A stretch of DNA of 64,000 nt from the NCBI GenBank assembly GCA_002269645.1, contig NIVC01004407.1, positions 1-64,000 on the forward strand, given 5' to 3'. Positions 33,062-45,700 of the stretch are shown piece by piece. The notes beneath the pieces are model-generated. The model searched no databases, had not been told where the DNA came from, and saw only the letters and a list, made by a program, of their open reading frames with translations. The position numbers and the translations under genes are program-made. This stretch comes from Macrostomum lignano. Lineage: Eukaryota. How positions within the stretch are numbered: position 1 is the stretch's first letter; each line of letters opens with the position of its first letter.

Positions 33062-33209
33062 TCGAGCGGCAGCCTCGCTTTCAAATGAACTATAGAGTCA
33101 ATAAGCTTCTTTGACTCTGAATAAATGTGATATAGCATTGCAGCTTATTACCAGCTCTTTGGGCAATGCTAGCATCCAAAAAAGCTTTGTTGTGATGTCT
33201 TAATCATTT

Positions 33210-34065
33210 CAGTCAGTCAGTCAGTCAGTCAGTCAGTCAGTCAGTCAGTCAGTCAGTCAGTCAGTCAGTCAGTCAGTCAGTCAGTCAGTCAGTCAGTCAG
33301 TCAGTCAGTCAGTCAGTCAGTCAGTCAGTCAGTCAGTCAGTCAGTCAGTCAGTCAGTCAGTCAGTCAGTCAGTCAGTCAGTCAGTCAGTCAGTCAGTCAG
33401 TCAGTCAGTCAGTCAGTCAGTCAGTCAGTCAGTCAGTCAGTCAGTCAGTCAGTCAGTCAGTCAGTCAGTCAGTCAGTCAGTCAGTCAGTCAGTCAGTCAG
33501 TCAGTCAGTCAGTCAGTCAGTCAGTCAGTCAGTCAGTCAGTCAGTCAGTCAGTCAGTCAGTCAGTCAGTCAGTCAGTCAGTCAGTCAGTCAGTCAGTCAG
33601 TCAGTCAGTCAGTCAGTCAGTCAGTCAGTCAGTCAGTCAGTCAGTCAGTCAGTCAGTCAGTCAGTCAGTCAGTCAGTCAGTCAGTCAGTCAGTCAGTCAG
33701 TCAGTCAGTCAGTCAGTCAGTCAGTCAGTCAGTCAGTCAGTCAGTCAGTCAGTCAGTCAGTCAGTCAGTCAGTCAGTCAGTCAGTCAGTCAGTCAGTCAG
33801 TCAGTCAGTCAGTCAGTCAGTCAGTCAGTCAGTCAGTCAGTCAGTCAGTCAGTCAGTCAGTCAGTCAGTCAGTCAGTCAGTCAGTCAGTCAGTCAGTCAG
33901 TCAGTCAGTCAGTCAGTCAGTCAGTCAGTCAGTCAGTCAGTCAGTCAGTCAGTCAGTCAGTCAGTCAGTCAGTCAGTCAGTCAGTCAGTCAGTCAGTCAG
34001 TCAGTCAGTCAGTCAGTCAGTCAGTCAGTCAGTCAGTCAGTCAGTCAGTCAGTCAGTCAGTCAGT
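33210..34065. repeat. (TCAG)n perfect microsatellite, ~855 bp
   Basis: Visible. Confidence 0.99.
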
Positions 34066-34469
34066 CTAGCATATGCCATAATCGAGTTAAAGTTAAACTT
34101 TAGCTGCGTTTTAGCAGAGGCCAAGGACCACTATGTACCGCTGTATATAGCTATAATGCTACAAGCCGGTGAAAAATAACTGGTTAAAACAAAGCTGGAT
34201 GCTATGTTTGCAAATTGTTTGGTTGAAAAAAAAAAGATAGGTCACTCAAAAAGAATTATGTAAATTTTCTAAGCGCATTAAAAAAGAAAACATAAATGCA
34301 GAGATGTACGACTAAAGGAAAGTTACCGTTAAAATAATAAAGAAATTACCGAAATATCCGTTATAAATTGTTGAAATAATCGTGGTGTTGTACCATTTGT
34401 TGTTAGTACTAGGCGTAGTTTAGTACAGTACGCGGATCTAGTGGTAAATGGCGTAAGTGACAGCTTTGA

Positions 34470-37380
34470 TAAAATTACTAAGTTGGTTTAGAGCTCCAGC
34501 CTTGCCACTGGACCCGATCTAAATATGAATAATACTGTAATATTGTAGCATCACCTGACACCTGTCAACTGGTTGGTTCAAGGTTGGCTGGATCAGGTAT
34601 TTATGAGGCATTTATGACTCATGAGTAGTACTTAAAATTTTGATAAGATTATTGTTACAATAATTAATGAACTAGGCCTAGTTCTCTTGATTTCAATCTT
34701 TAAATCAAGAATCTTGGATTTTTATATTTATAGGCCTATTATTAGGCCATATTAATTTTTGCTTTAGTATAATATAAAGGCCTTCTTAGAGTTAATGTTA
34801 GAGCTTTAAAAAATCTTTGCAAAGTACATTAAAATGGGTGCTTTTGAAGTTCTGCATCGCATATATATTTTTTAATTGAACAAAAATGGCTAGGCTCCTT
34901 AGTTAGTTTTGGCAAAAAGTCACTATAAACTGCAATGCCAATATAATAAACTATTTTTTTAATTTTTCTTTTTTTATTCCTACATTATAGGATTGTTGCA
35001 AAAGTTGTTAGATGTTTACTGTGGACAGCAGGATTGTTTGAATAAGATAAATTTTACCTATATTCTCTCATTTTTTAAATAGAAAATTTTGTAGCAAAGT
35101 ATATTCCTACCAAAACAAAAGTTAGCATTTAGAAACTAGACCCAAGAAATATAACACAATTTTGAAGTTTACAGAGTGGTCTTTCCATAGTGCAGAAGGA
35201 TTTCCATGTATGACAAAAAGTAAATTTTAGTTTTAGTCTTTTGTTTGTATATATGATGGTATAAATATAATAATAGAATAGTCAAATAATTTTACTTCAG
35301 CTATATAACAATGCTCAATTCTATAGACATTCCAGGAAAAAGCATAGAAATTGGTATACAAATAAATTAAGTGTTGATTAAATTAAAAAATCATAATATA
35401 AAGTAAAGACTAAAATAAAAGGTATATCAATATATATTTGCTTGGCCTAAGAATATAAATTTTATGTTTTATTGCAGCACAGTTTTAAAAACAATTGTAT
35501 TGTACAGTTTTTTATACTTAAACTGTAGAAAAAAACACATCAAAAACATATTGTAAATTTTGTTTTTAATGAGCATTCTAATGTAATTATTAAATATCAT
35601 ATAACATACTATTATATTGACTACAACTTCAAGTAATATAAATAGTAGTAATGTAGCCATTTATAAATTCATAGTCTTATTGTGAACCTGTGAATGCACT
35701 ATGCATATAATGTACAATAGTGTAGCCAACATATATAATGTTATAATATGTATGATAAAAGGCCCTGTAGTAAAAATGAATGATATACAATATATACTAT
35801 ACCTAGCCTTGGTATATGATTTCTATTTTATACCTATCCTTCTACACTATGGTGGTCTATCCATTTTTTATGGGGGTATAGTTTCTGATTTAGCTTTAGC
35901 AATTGTTGCATTGTTTACAACATCTGGTTGGCTAGCATTTCTATTTGGCTTAGATAAAAATGCTGCTTTGAGAGCCAATGGGATTGATAGACTATCTGGA
36001 TCCATGGCAATTAGTTCTGCTGCCTTTCAAGAAGTGTTTTTGATGAACTTGTACAGCTCTTTGACTTCTCTTCAATGGCTCAGTGTCTAATTTGTCATGC
36101 AGCTCAACATTGTATGGCTTCTTGGCTACCTTGCAATATGTTTTTATAAGCCTTTTGATTTGGTTCTCAAATTCAAAGAAATAAAAATTCAATTCTGTAG
36201 AGCAGAGCTCAAGAAAAGTGTCAAGCCCAAAAAAGAATGCCAAGTGCATCATTGTGTCAAGATAATATCTTTCTTTGATCTTTATGCAGAGACCCTCTTG
36301 TTTTGCTCAACAATCAAATTGATCCGATTTCAGTGATCCTGTGACAAGAAATCTCAAATTGATCCGATCTCAGTGATCCTATGACAAGAAATCTCAAATT
36401 GATCTGATCTCAGTGATCCTGTGACAAGAAATCTCAAATTGATCCGATCTCAGTGATCCTGTGACAAGAAATCACTCAACTTGTCTATCTGGCATTCTTT
36501 GCTAATTGACATGAGTCTTCTAGCCATGATGCAATTGATACTGCTCTAGCCAAGCAGTCTAGATCCAGTCCAGATTGCAATTTATAATTGCAGAAGCATA
36601 ATATAGTTGCAATATATCATTGCCAAGCTTAACATTTTCAACATTCAATAAATCCTTAGCAAGCATGTTAGATTGCAAGTCAGAATAATTTTGCTTTTTG
36701 ATCATGTGTTTCACATCACCTAATAGCTAAAGCTTGCTACATTGAGCTTTAGCACTAGTTAGCTAATTCGTAGCTGGTTTTAGCTAGATTAGAGACTGGT
36801 TCAACAGAATTCTAAGTTGCAGAAGCTGAGTCAATTGAAATCCCAGCTAGATTAGAGGCTGGTTTAATGGATATTGTAGCTGCATTAGAGGCTGATCACT
36901 ACTAATTGTAGCTGCATCAAATAGAGTCTAGTTGGAATAAAAAGCAAGTATAAGAATTTATAATAACTAATAATTATGAACAAATCAGTGATTGTACCTA
37001 TAACTATGCCCTCTATAACTTTATGCAACATGTAGAATATAGACCTATGCTGTAACTACATGCCCCTGTAACTTAATACAACATAAGAAGAAACAATATG
37101 ATTAGCAATGCTAGATAAAAGTGCACTTTCTAGGTACTGTACTTTAAACAGAACCCATTAATTATTGTTTTAGATTTATTCCTTAGCTGTAGTTCTCTTA
37201 GCTCTCTAAGTATAGGTATAATAGCATTCTTTTAGTATAGGTTTGTATTGAGTTTTATTGAGTTATTCAAGCCTTCGCAGTTAGTTATATTTAAATATTT
37301 TTATAACAAAAACTTGAGCCAATTCTAACTAAAAGAGCCTTTAAAGCAAAACTTGAGCACATTTTTTCATTGTTTATCAT
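34470..37380 (-). mobile_element. AT-rich, CpG-depleted island; candidate decayed retroelement (possibly Ty3/Gypsy-like)
   Basis: Only one CpG found between 34517 and 36324. Minus-strand stop-riddled pseudo-ORF pieces; EGLYIILKQ at 34774-34785 could derive from an integrase GPY/F 'EGPY' motif by transitions. The family assignment is weak. Confidence 0.35.
36312..36475. repeat. 40-bp tandem repeat x4 inside the AT-rich island
   Basis: TCAAATTGATCCGATCTCAGTGATCCTGTGACAAGAAATC repeated. Confidence 0.88.
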
Positions 37381-37647
37381 AAAAACAAGTTCGCGTTCCC
37401 ATGGTGTCTTTTTTGTTCTTTCTGATTTCCTGTGCATAACTGCAGCATAACTATGTTGCATAACTACTGTGCATAACTAGCATTTGCTACATTGAACCGC
37501 GCAACATTGCATGGTTATTAACTGCAGCTCCCCAAAGCAGACAGCAGAGGAAATGCAAGCCACTCGCACACTGGGCATCTAAGAGCGGCTGAGCTGCCAT
37601 CCGAGCCCAGCTATCCCACTATCGCACCTCTGCCCGCCTAGTTCGGC

Positions 37648-39061
37648 ATGACTCATCACGGCGCCAAGCATCTCAGCGGTTACTATGGTTACGAGGCCGA
37701 AGCGCAGCTGCCCTCCGACCAGCGCTATCCCGGCTTCTCAGGTGCCAACGGCATCGCCCGCTCCGCCAGCACCGCTCTCGCCACCGCCACCAGCGAGGCC
37801 GCCGTAGCCGGGACCAGCGGCGGCCTGCAGCTTCATCAGCAGCCTCTCCATCACCAGCAGCCTCAGGTGACGGCGAAGAGCCGCTTCTCGCTGCTCCGCC
37901 TGGGCAAGCCGCCGCGGCCACGCAGCGAGGTGCTGAACCTGCCGCCCGGCTACGCCGCCTACCTGGCTGCAGGTGCGGCTGTCGGCGGTGGCGAAGGCGG
38001 CCACCATCGGTGCTGCCCGCAGCGGCCCGGCGACGACCTCATGGTTCAGTCGATGAACGAGGCGCAGCTCGGCGTTGGCGCCGTTTCCATGGCAACAGGA
38101 GCTGCTCCGCTGGCTGTGCCTGAGATGGGTGAGTGCTTTCTGTGTGCTCAGTGCTTACCACTGAAATATTGGAGTGCTCTGTGTGCTCAGTGCTCACCAC
38201 TGCGATATTGGAGTGCTCTGTGCGCTCAGTGCTCACCACTACGATATTGGAGTGCTCTGTGTGCTCAGTGCTCACCACTGCGATATTGGAGTGCTCTGTG
38301 TGTGCTCAGTGCTTACCACTGCGATATTGGAGTGCTCTGTGTGCTCAGTGCTTACCACTGCGATATTGGAGTGCTCTGTGTGCTCAGTGCTCCCACTGCG
38401 ATATTGGAGTGCTCTGTGTGCTCAGTGCTTACCACTGCGATATTGGAGTGCTCTGTGTGTGCTCAGTGCTCACCACTGCGATATTGGAGTGCTCTGTGTG
38501 TGCTCAGTGCTCACCACTGCGATATTGGATATGAGCGCCATGGGGGCTGTTGGCTTGCTACACTGCAGTTTCGTTATAAAAAAATTGAAATTGCAGTCTC
38601 TTAACTCCACACGATAGGTAACTCTTGAAAAACTTGTTTAACTTTGTTAAAATCCCATTGAGATTCACATCCCGAATTGCTCCCCGCTCGCCACTCAGGC
38701 TGTCACGAGCAGCAGCAGCAGGCCGCCGCCTCCGTGGCCAGGACCGCTTCGAGCCGGGACCGGCTGAGGAGTCTGCGCTCCCGCATCTCCCTGTCCTTCT
38801 CCAAGCTGTGTGAGTGGATTAGAGTTTATAAATGGGATTCGGAATTGTAATTCTTACTGAAGGAGATTGTGTACCCAATGTAAAAATTCATGTAGCTCTG
38901 ATTGAACCGTTAACCCTCTGTAAAGCAGTTAAACAGTTATTCGTGCATCAACTATTTCAAACTCCTCCTCATCACCGCCAGCACTGCTGCAAAATGACCC
39001 GCCGTCACAACAGCTGCAGGCCAATGGATCCACGTCTGCCCTGCACGGCTCCATGTTCGGG
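37648..39061 (+). CDS. Hypothetical multi-exon protein (low-complexity, A/Q/S-rich); 3' end uncertain
   Basis: Exons 37648-38128, 38699-38809, 38937-39061 joined by GT-AG introns with consistent phases (1,1). Reads MTHHGAKH..KSRFSLLRLGKPPRPRSEVL..EMGCHEQQQQ..RLRSLRSRISLSFSKLFIRASTISNSSSSPP..SMFG. GC-rich codon usage like the other genes. A possible last exon lies near 39308-39400. Confidence 0.6.
38131..38530. repeat. ~39-41-bp minisatellite starting within the donor site (GAGTGCTCTGTGTGCTCAGTGCTCACCACTGCGATATTG)
   Basis: About 10 units. Confidence 0.93.
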
Positions 39062-39089
39062 GTGAGTTGCCTTGTGCCAGCATGCGAGA

Positions 39090-39262
39090 CCTGTCCCCAT
39101 GTCAGCTGACCAGTCCCCATGTCAGCTGACCAGTCCCCATGTCAGCTGACCAGTCCCCATGTCAGCTGACCAGTCCCCATGTCAGCTGACCAGTCCCCAT
39201 GTCAGCTGACCAGTCCCCATGTCAGCTGACCAGTCCCCATGTCAGCTGACCAGTCCCCATGC
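39090..39262. repeat. 20-bp minisatellite (CAGTCCCCATGTCAGCTGAC)
   Basis: Visible. Confidence 0.95.
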
Positions 39263-40164
39263 CCACTCAACTCGCAAGAGTTTCCCAATTTGCGTCATTC
39301 TCAAAGCGGCAGACGCAGCCAGTAATCAGCAGGCGGACCAGCTGCGGCAGCCCGTGGCATGCTAGGAAATTGCCGCTCAGGGGCGTCCCGTCATAAGCGA
39401 CTTCTTCTGCCCTCGGCACAGCTGGGCGAGAAGCGCATCCGCCTTCTGCTTGTTTCAAATCCGCCCTCCCCCATCTCAGTTTTCCTCTGCGTGCCGGTTT
39501 TTACTGCCTTTGGGCCCGGCTTAGGCTGGCGGGGGGGGGGAGGTGGGGCTCGCGGAGCTCGGCCTCGGCTCGAAGGCAAAATTCTCTCATTTCTTCCTCC
39601 TCCCTGTCCGCCGGTCTCAGCGCCTCGCCCGCAGCTTAATCCCCGATCGCTTTGGGATTTCTTGTGTGCGAGCGGCGCGACACCGCCTGCCCCTCACTGA
39701 CTGTCCGGCAGGGTGGGGAGGTCGCGAAGGTGGCTCTGTTTACACGGCTGTTTGTTTATCGGGCTTCACCGGCCCCGCTTGCTCGGCCAGTCCCCCTGCC
39801 CGTCCTGCATTCGCAAGCAGTCCATGAAGCCAATTCTGTCCGATCTGCAGTTTATGCGAGTTTCGTCTGCACCGTGTACTTTAATGTTTGCAGTCCATTG
39901 CTTTCAACTGTTGTAAATTATTTCAGTGTACTTTTCTTAAATTAGCGGTATTCACTGGGTTTATTATTATTCCATTTTAGTCTGCACCGTTTTTTATTCT
40001 TTGGATTTCCTTGAGAAGAAGGCATTTTTTTTCGTTCAGCATCCGAGCTGCACCTTGTCAGCCTCTTCAGGCTATTAACATGCCCTATCAGGACTTCTCT
40101 GTGTCCGCATTAACCCCGGTGGATATCTGGACTGGCTCAGCCACTGGCCTGACGGAACTTCGGC

Positions 40165-40492
40165 CAGTAGCCGATCGGCACATATCGGTAGCCGATCAGT
40201 ATATATCGGTAGCTGATCAGTATATATCGGTAGCCGATCAGTATATATCGGTAGCCGATCAGCACATATCGGTAGCCGATCAGCAAATATCGGTAGCCGA
40301 TCAGCACATATCGGTAGCCGATCAGCAAATATCGGTAGCCGATCAGCACATATCGGTAGCCGATCAGCAAATATCGGTAGCCGATCAGCACATATCGGTA
40401 GCCGATCAGTGCATATCGGTAGCCGATCAGTGCATATCGGAAGCGTATCAGTGCACATCGGTAGCCGATCAACACATCGGTAGCCGATCAGT
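40165..40492. repeat. 21-bp minisatellite with internal palindrome ATCGG-TAG-CCGAT
   Basis: About 15 units. Confidence 0.93.
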
Positions 40493-40647
40493 AATAATCA
40501 AAACTAATTCTCAGCACGAACTCTATGAGCTGTCCTGTTCTCTCTGCTTGCTCTGCTTCTTTTAATTCCGCCTGAAATCGCCGGGGCAGCTCAAAGTGTC
40601 CCCAGCTCGATCCTGAGCTCTCAAAGCACTCAGCCGAGCTCGAGCTG

Positions 40648-40839
40648 GGATTAGAACTGTATCACTAGGGGATTAGCGCGCACTTTTGTCACTCATATCG
40701 CTCTTGTCTCTTCTGATACGCCCCGCATTAATCCGCCTTGGGGAAGGCGTGGGGAGTTTATTCTCCATAGCTGCTCCGCCCGTCTCGGTGGGAAGCCAAG
40801 CGCTAATCAGGTCCGCTCCATGGGGCGCCGGGCTAATCC
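40648..40839. promoter_or_regulatory. Cluster of K50-homeodomain-type sites (TAATCC/GGATTA), candidate enhancer
   Basis: GGATTA at 40648 and 40670, TAATCC at 40729 and 40834, TAATCA at 40804, all in non-repetitive DNA. Confidence 0.4.
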
Positions 40840-42799
40840 AGTTTCGGACGGACAGGGGGACACGGTGCAGCGATCTGGCAGATGGGCTAATGCGTGCGAT
40901 TGCGGCTCTATTTAACTGCCGCTGCTATTATTCATATGCGCCCCGCTGCCATTCATATGCGCAGTCTCGCCTCCTTCCTGTCTCCTCTCTCATGATGAAT
41001 GGCCGCAAACTGCAGCTTTTTGTTCCCTCCGATCTCCTCAAAAATCCCGCGGGGCCCAGATACAATTTCTCCAGCAACACGGGGGTCTGGAAGCGGCCTG
41101 GCGCCCTTGAATTCCCAGCATCTGGTCCGCCTGCTGCAGAACTTGATCAGCTCTGGCCGGCACTACTTTCTCCCCTTCCTCCCCTGCTCAGAATAATTTC
41201 ATTCGCCCCGGTCTCTGCCGCGTTCCGGGCTGCGGCTTCTGAGGCGGCGTTTATTTTCTGCTTTCTCGCGTGCCTGTTGGAAAAATCTAATAAGTTTTCT
41301 TGCTGTTTTGCTGCTTCTGTGAGGCCGCCCTGGTCCCCGCCTTCTCCCAGGTCCCATTTTATATTCATAAGTCCGGCTTCCCGGTGGCTGCCGAATTCAT
41401 TAGGAATTTTTGCTTATGGCTTTCACTAATTACAACCAAGCCGAGGCTGAGCTTCTGTCCCCCCCTCCATGCCGCCGCGTTCCACCTCCCCTGCTTGCCT
41501 GCCGGATGCTGCAGGAATCCCGCGATCAGGGTGGGACACCTGACAGCCAGCGGTGGCGAAATCGCTTTTAGGCCGGCCGGATTCTCCCACACGAAGAGTT
41601 TCACATCGATCTTCCCTAGCTGAGTTATTCCTTGTTGGCAACAAGCATTCTCTATTTTGGACTGTGCAGTGGGCCGGGCAGAGCCTTGGAATTCGGTTCG
41701 AATTCGTTCCGCTGCTACCCCCCCGGCCGCGCCCGGTGCAAATGCCGATCTGCTATAAATAAAGTCGCAGCAGTTCGCGGCTACGCTGGGCAATTGGGGC
41801 TTGGGAAGGTTCGGCTGGAGGCAGCAGTGCCCGCCTGTGCCCCATCTTTGCGAGCTTGACCCGCGCTGCCTCTGGGCGCGGACGTGAAAACGCTGCGGGC
41901 TGGGGGGCTGCGACCTCCCAGTCCCAGCGGGGCTTGGCCGCTGCGGCAGCAGCGAGTGCGCAATCTCCAGGTGGCGGCGGCGGCTTGTTCGCGCCCGGGC
42001 GGCAGCGCAGGGCGGGGGTGGCTGGCTTGGGCGAACAAGGCTGAGTGACGGCCCGCATGCTGGCAGTGCTTGCGGGGCATCCGGGCAGAGAGATGAACAG
42101 ATACGAGCGCCCCGGCCAGCCTTGTTGCATTGAAAGATGATCCTGTCGGCCTCGTTCCGCTCTGCCAATTGTAGCAGTTGGCCGGCCCGCATTGTCTCCG
42201 CCTTTGTGGCGGCTCTCGCCACCGTTGCCAGCAATCTATCAGCTTTGGCTCGCTTTGCTTTAATCAACTGTCTTGAAGTGCATCTCGCTCGGCCTTCGTT
42301 TGTCCTTTTATGCGGTCAGGGGATTCGGGGCGCTGCTCAGCCAGCGCCTTCACCTGCGCCTAATTGATGATGGGTGACCGTTTTGAGGACTTTGTTCGTT
42401 CTTTCAAGTGCACTGATTTAGCGAGCTGTCAGCGAGACACTTGGCGCTGGCATTTTCCTCATTCCCTCTCAATTGCCCTCCCTGATCCCCGCTGGCAGTA
42501 GGGACGGTCCCGCTTTGACTGCCTCTTATCGGGGGGCTGACGATCCGGATGAAGCTGGTAGTGCAAGCCGGATGTGCTCAGCTTCTTGCAGCTGAGAGCC
42601 CGCAGGCCGATCCGCCAGCATTCAGCCGGCCTCACTTGATTTTCCTTTCAAATTCTACAGAGACTGACTGAGTTCTTTGCCGGGGGAGCCTTCGGGGCAT
42701 GCGGGCTGAGCTGCAGTGCGCGCCAGCTGCTTCTGAACCGAATCTCTGAATCTGTAGCGAGCCCGGCTTTCTTTTCATTTCTGTCCAACTGCTAATTTC

Positions 42800-45700
42800 C
42801 ATAATCCATTTAGTTTGGGCGATTTTAATTAATCCATTGTCCAATTTGTGAGATTTCCAAGAATCCATTTCCTAATATGGGGAGATTTCATTAATCCATT
42901 TCCCAATTTGGAGATTCATTAATCCATTGTCCAATTTGTGAGATTTCCAATAATCCATTTCCTAATATGGGGAGATTTCATTAATCCATTTCCCAATTTG
43001 GAAAGATTCATTAATCCATTGTCCAATTTGTGAGATTTCCAAGAATCCATTTCCTAATATGGGGAGATTTCATTAATCCATTTCCCAATTTGGAAAGATT
43101 CATTAATCCATTGTCCAATTTGTGAGATTTCCAATAATCCATTTCCTAATATGGGGAGATTTCATTAATCCATTTCCCAATTTGGAAAGATTCATTAATC
43201 CATTGTCCAATTTGTGAGATTTCCAAGAATCCATTTCCAATATGGAGATTTCATTAATCCATTTCCCAATTTGGAAAGATTCATTAATCCATTGTCCAAT
43301 TTGTGAGATTTCAAGAATCCATTTCCTAATATGGGGAGATTTCATTAATCCATTTCCCAATTTGGAAAGATTCATTAATCCATTGTCCAATTTGTGAGAT
43401 TTCCAAGAATCCATTTCCTAATATGGGGAGATTTCATTAATCCATTTCCCAATTTGGAAAGATTCATTAATCCATTGTCCAATTTGTGAGATTTCCAAGA
43501 ATCCATTTCCTAATATGGGGAGATTTCATTAATCCATTTCCCAATTTGGAAAGATTCATTAATCCATTGTCCAATTTGTGAGATTTCCAAGAATCCATTT
43601 CCTAATATGGGGAGATTTCATTAATCCATTTCCCAATTTGGAAAGATTCATTAATCCATTGTCCAATTTGTGAGATTTCCAAGAATCCATTTCCTAATAT
43701 GGGGAGATTTCATTAATCCATTTCCCAATTTGGAAAGATTCATTAATCCATTGTCCAATTTGTGAGATTTCCAATAATCCATTTCCTAATATGGGGAGAT
43801 TTCATTAATCCATTTCCCAATTTGGAAAGATTCATTAATCCATTGTCCAATTTGTGAGATTTCCAATAATCCATTTCCTAATATGGGGAGATTTCATTAA
43901 TCCATTTCCCAATTTGGAAAGATTCATTAATCCATTGTCCAATTTGTGAGATTTCCAAGAATCCATTTCCTAATATGGGGAGATTTCATTAATCCATTTC
44001 CCAATTTGGAAAGATTCATTAATCCATTGTCCAATTTGTGAGATTTCCAAGAATCCATTTCCTAATATGGGGAGATTTCATTAATCCATTTCCCAATTTG
44101 GAAAGATTCATTAATCCATTGTCCAATTTGTGAGATTTCAATAATCCATTTCCTAATATGGGGAGATTTCATTAATCCATTTCCCAATTTGGAAAGATTC
44201 ATTAATCCATTGTCCAATTTGTGAGATTTCAATAATCCATTTCCTAATATGGGGAGATTTCATTAATCCATTTCCCAATTTGGAAAGATTCATTAATCCA
44301 TTGTCCAATTTGTGAGATTTCAATAATCCATTTCCTAATATGGGGAGATTTCATTAATCCATTTCCCAATTTGGAAAGATTCATTAATCCATTGTCCAAT
44401 TTGTGAGATTTCCAAGAATCCATTTCCTAATATGGGGAGATTTCATTAATCCATTTCCCAATTTGGAAAGATTCATTAATCCATTGTCCAATTTGTGAGA
44501 TTTCCAATAATCCATTTCCTAATATGGGGAGATTTCATTAATCCATTTCCCAATTTGGAAAGATTCATTAATCCATTGTCCAATTTGTGAGATTTCCAAG
44601 AATCCATTTCCTAATATGGGGAGATTTCATTAATCCATTTCCCAATTTGGAAAGATTCATTAATCCATTGTCCAATTTGTGAGATTTCCAAGAATCCATT
44701 TCCTAATATGGGGAGATTTCATTAATCCATTTCCCAATTTGGAAAGATTCATTAATCCATTGTCCAATTTGTGAGATTTCCAAGAATCCATTTCCTAATA
44801 GGGAGATTTCATTAATCCATTTCCAATTTGGAAAGATTCATTAATCCATTGTCCAATTTGGGAGATTTCCAAGAATCCATTTCCTAATATGGGAGATTTC
44901 ATTAATCCATTTCCCAATTTGGAAAGATTCATTAATCCATTGTCCAATTTGTGAGATTTCCAAGAATCCATTTCCTAATATGGGAGATTTCATTAATCCA
45001 TTTCCCAATTTGGAAAGATTCATTAATCCATTGTCCAATTTGTGAGATTTCCAAGAATCCATTTCCTAATATGGGGAGATTTCATTAATCCATTTCCAAT
45101 TTGGAAAGATTCATTAATCCATTGTCCAATTTGTGAGATTTCCAAGAATCCATTTCCTAATATGGGGAGATTTCATTAATCCATTTCCAATTTGGAAAGA
45201 TTCATTAATCCATTGTCCAATTTGGGATTTCCAAGAATTCATTTCCTAATATGGGGAGATTTCATTAATCCATTTCCCAATTTGGAAAGATTCATTAATC
45301 CATTGTCCAATTTGTGAGATTTCCAAGAATCCATTTCCTAATATGGGGAGATTTCATTAATCCATTTTCCAATTTGGAAAGATTCATTAATCCATTGTCC
45401 AATTTGGGAGATTTCCAAGAATCCATTTCCCAATATGGGGAGATATTATTAATCCATTTCCCAATTTGGAAAGATTCATTAATCCATTGTCCAATTTGTG
45501 AGATTTCCAATAATCCATTTCCCAATTTAGGAGATTTCATTAATCCATTTTCCAATTTAGGAGATTTCAATTAATCCATTTCATAATTTAGGAGATTTCA
45601 TTAATCCATTTCTTAATTTAGGAGATTTCATTAATCCATTTCTTAATTTAGGAGATTTCATTAATCCATTTCTTAATTTAGGAGATTTCATTAATCCATT

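Noticed and set aside
35469-36336. Hydrophobic ORFs in the AT-rich island suggesting membrane proteins or a mitochondrial insertion
   Set aside because: Hydrophobicity follows from AT-rich codons, and no mitochondrial gene motif was recognised.
41365-42267. 300-aa minus-strand ORF with TTG start
   Set aside because: No recognisable motif, no ATG start or splice support found, and GC-rich DNA here is open in several frames. Not excluded; needs RNA-seq.
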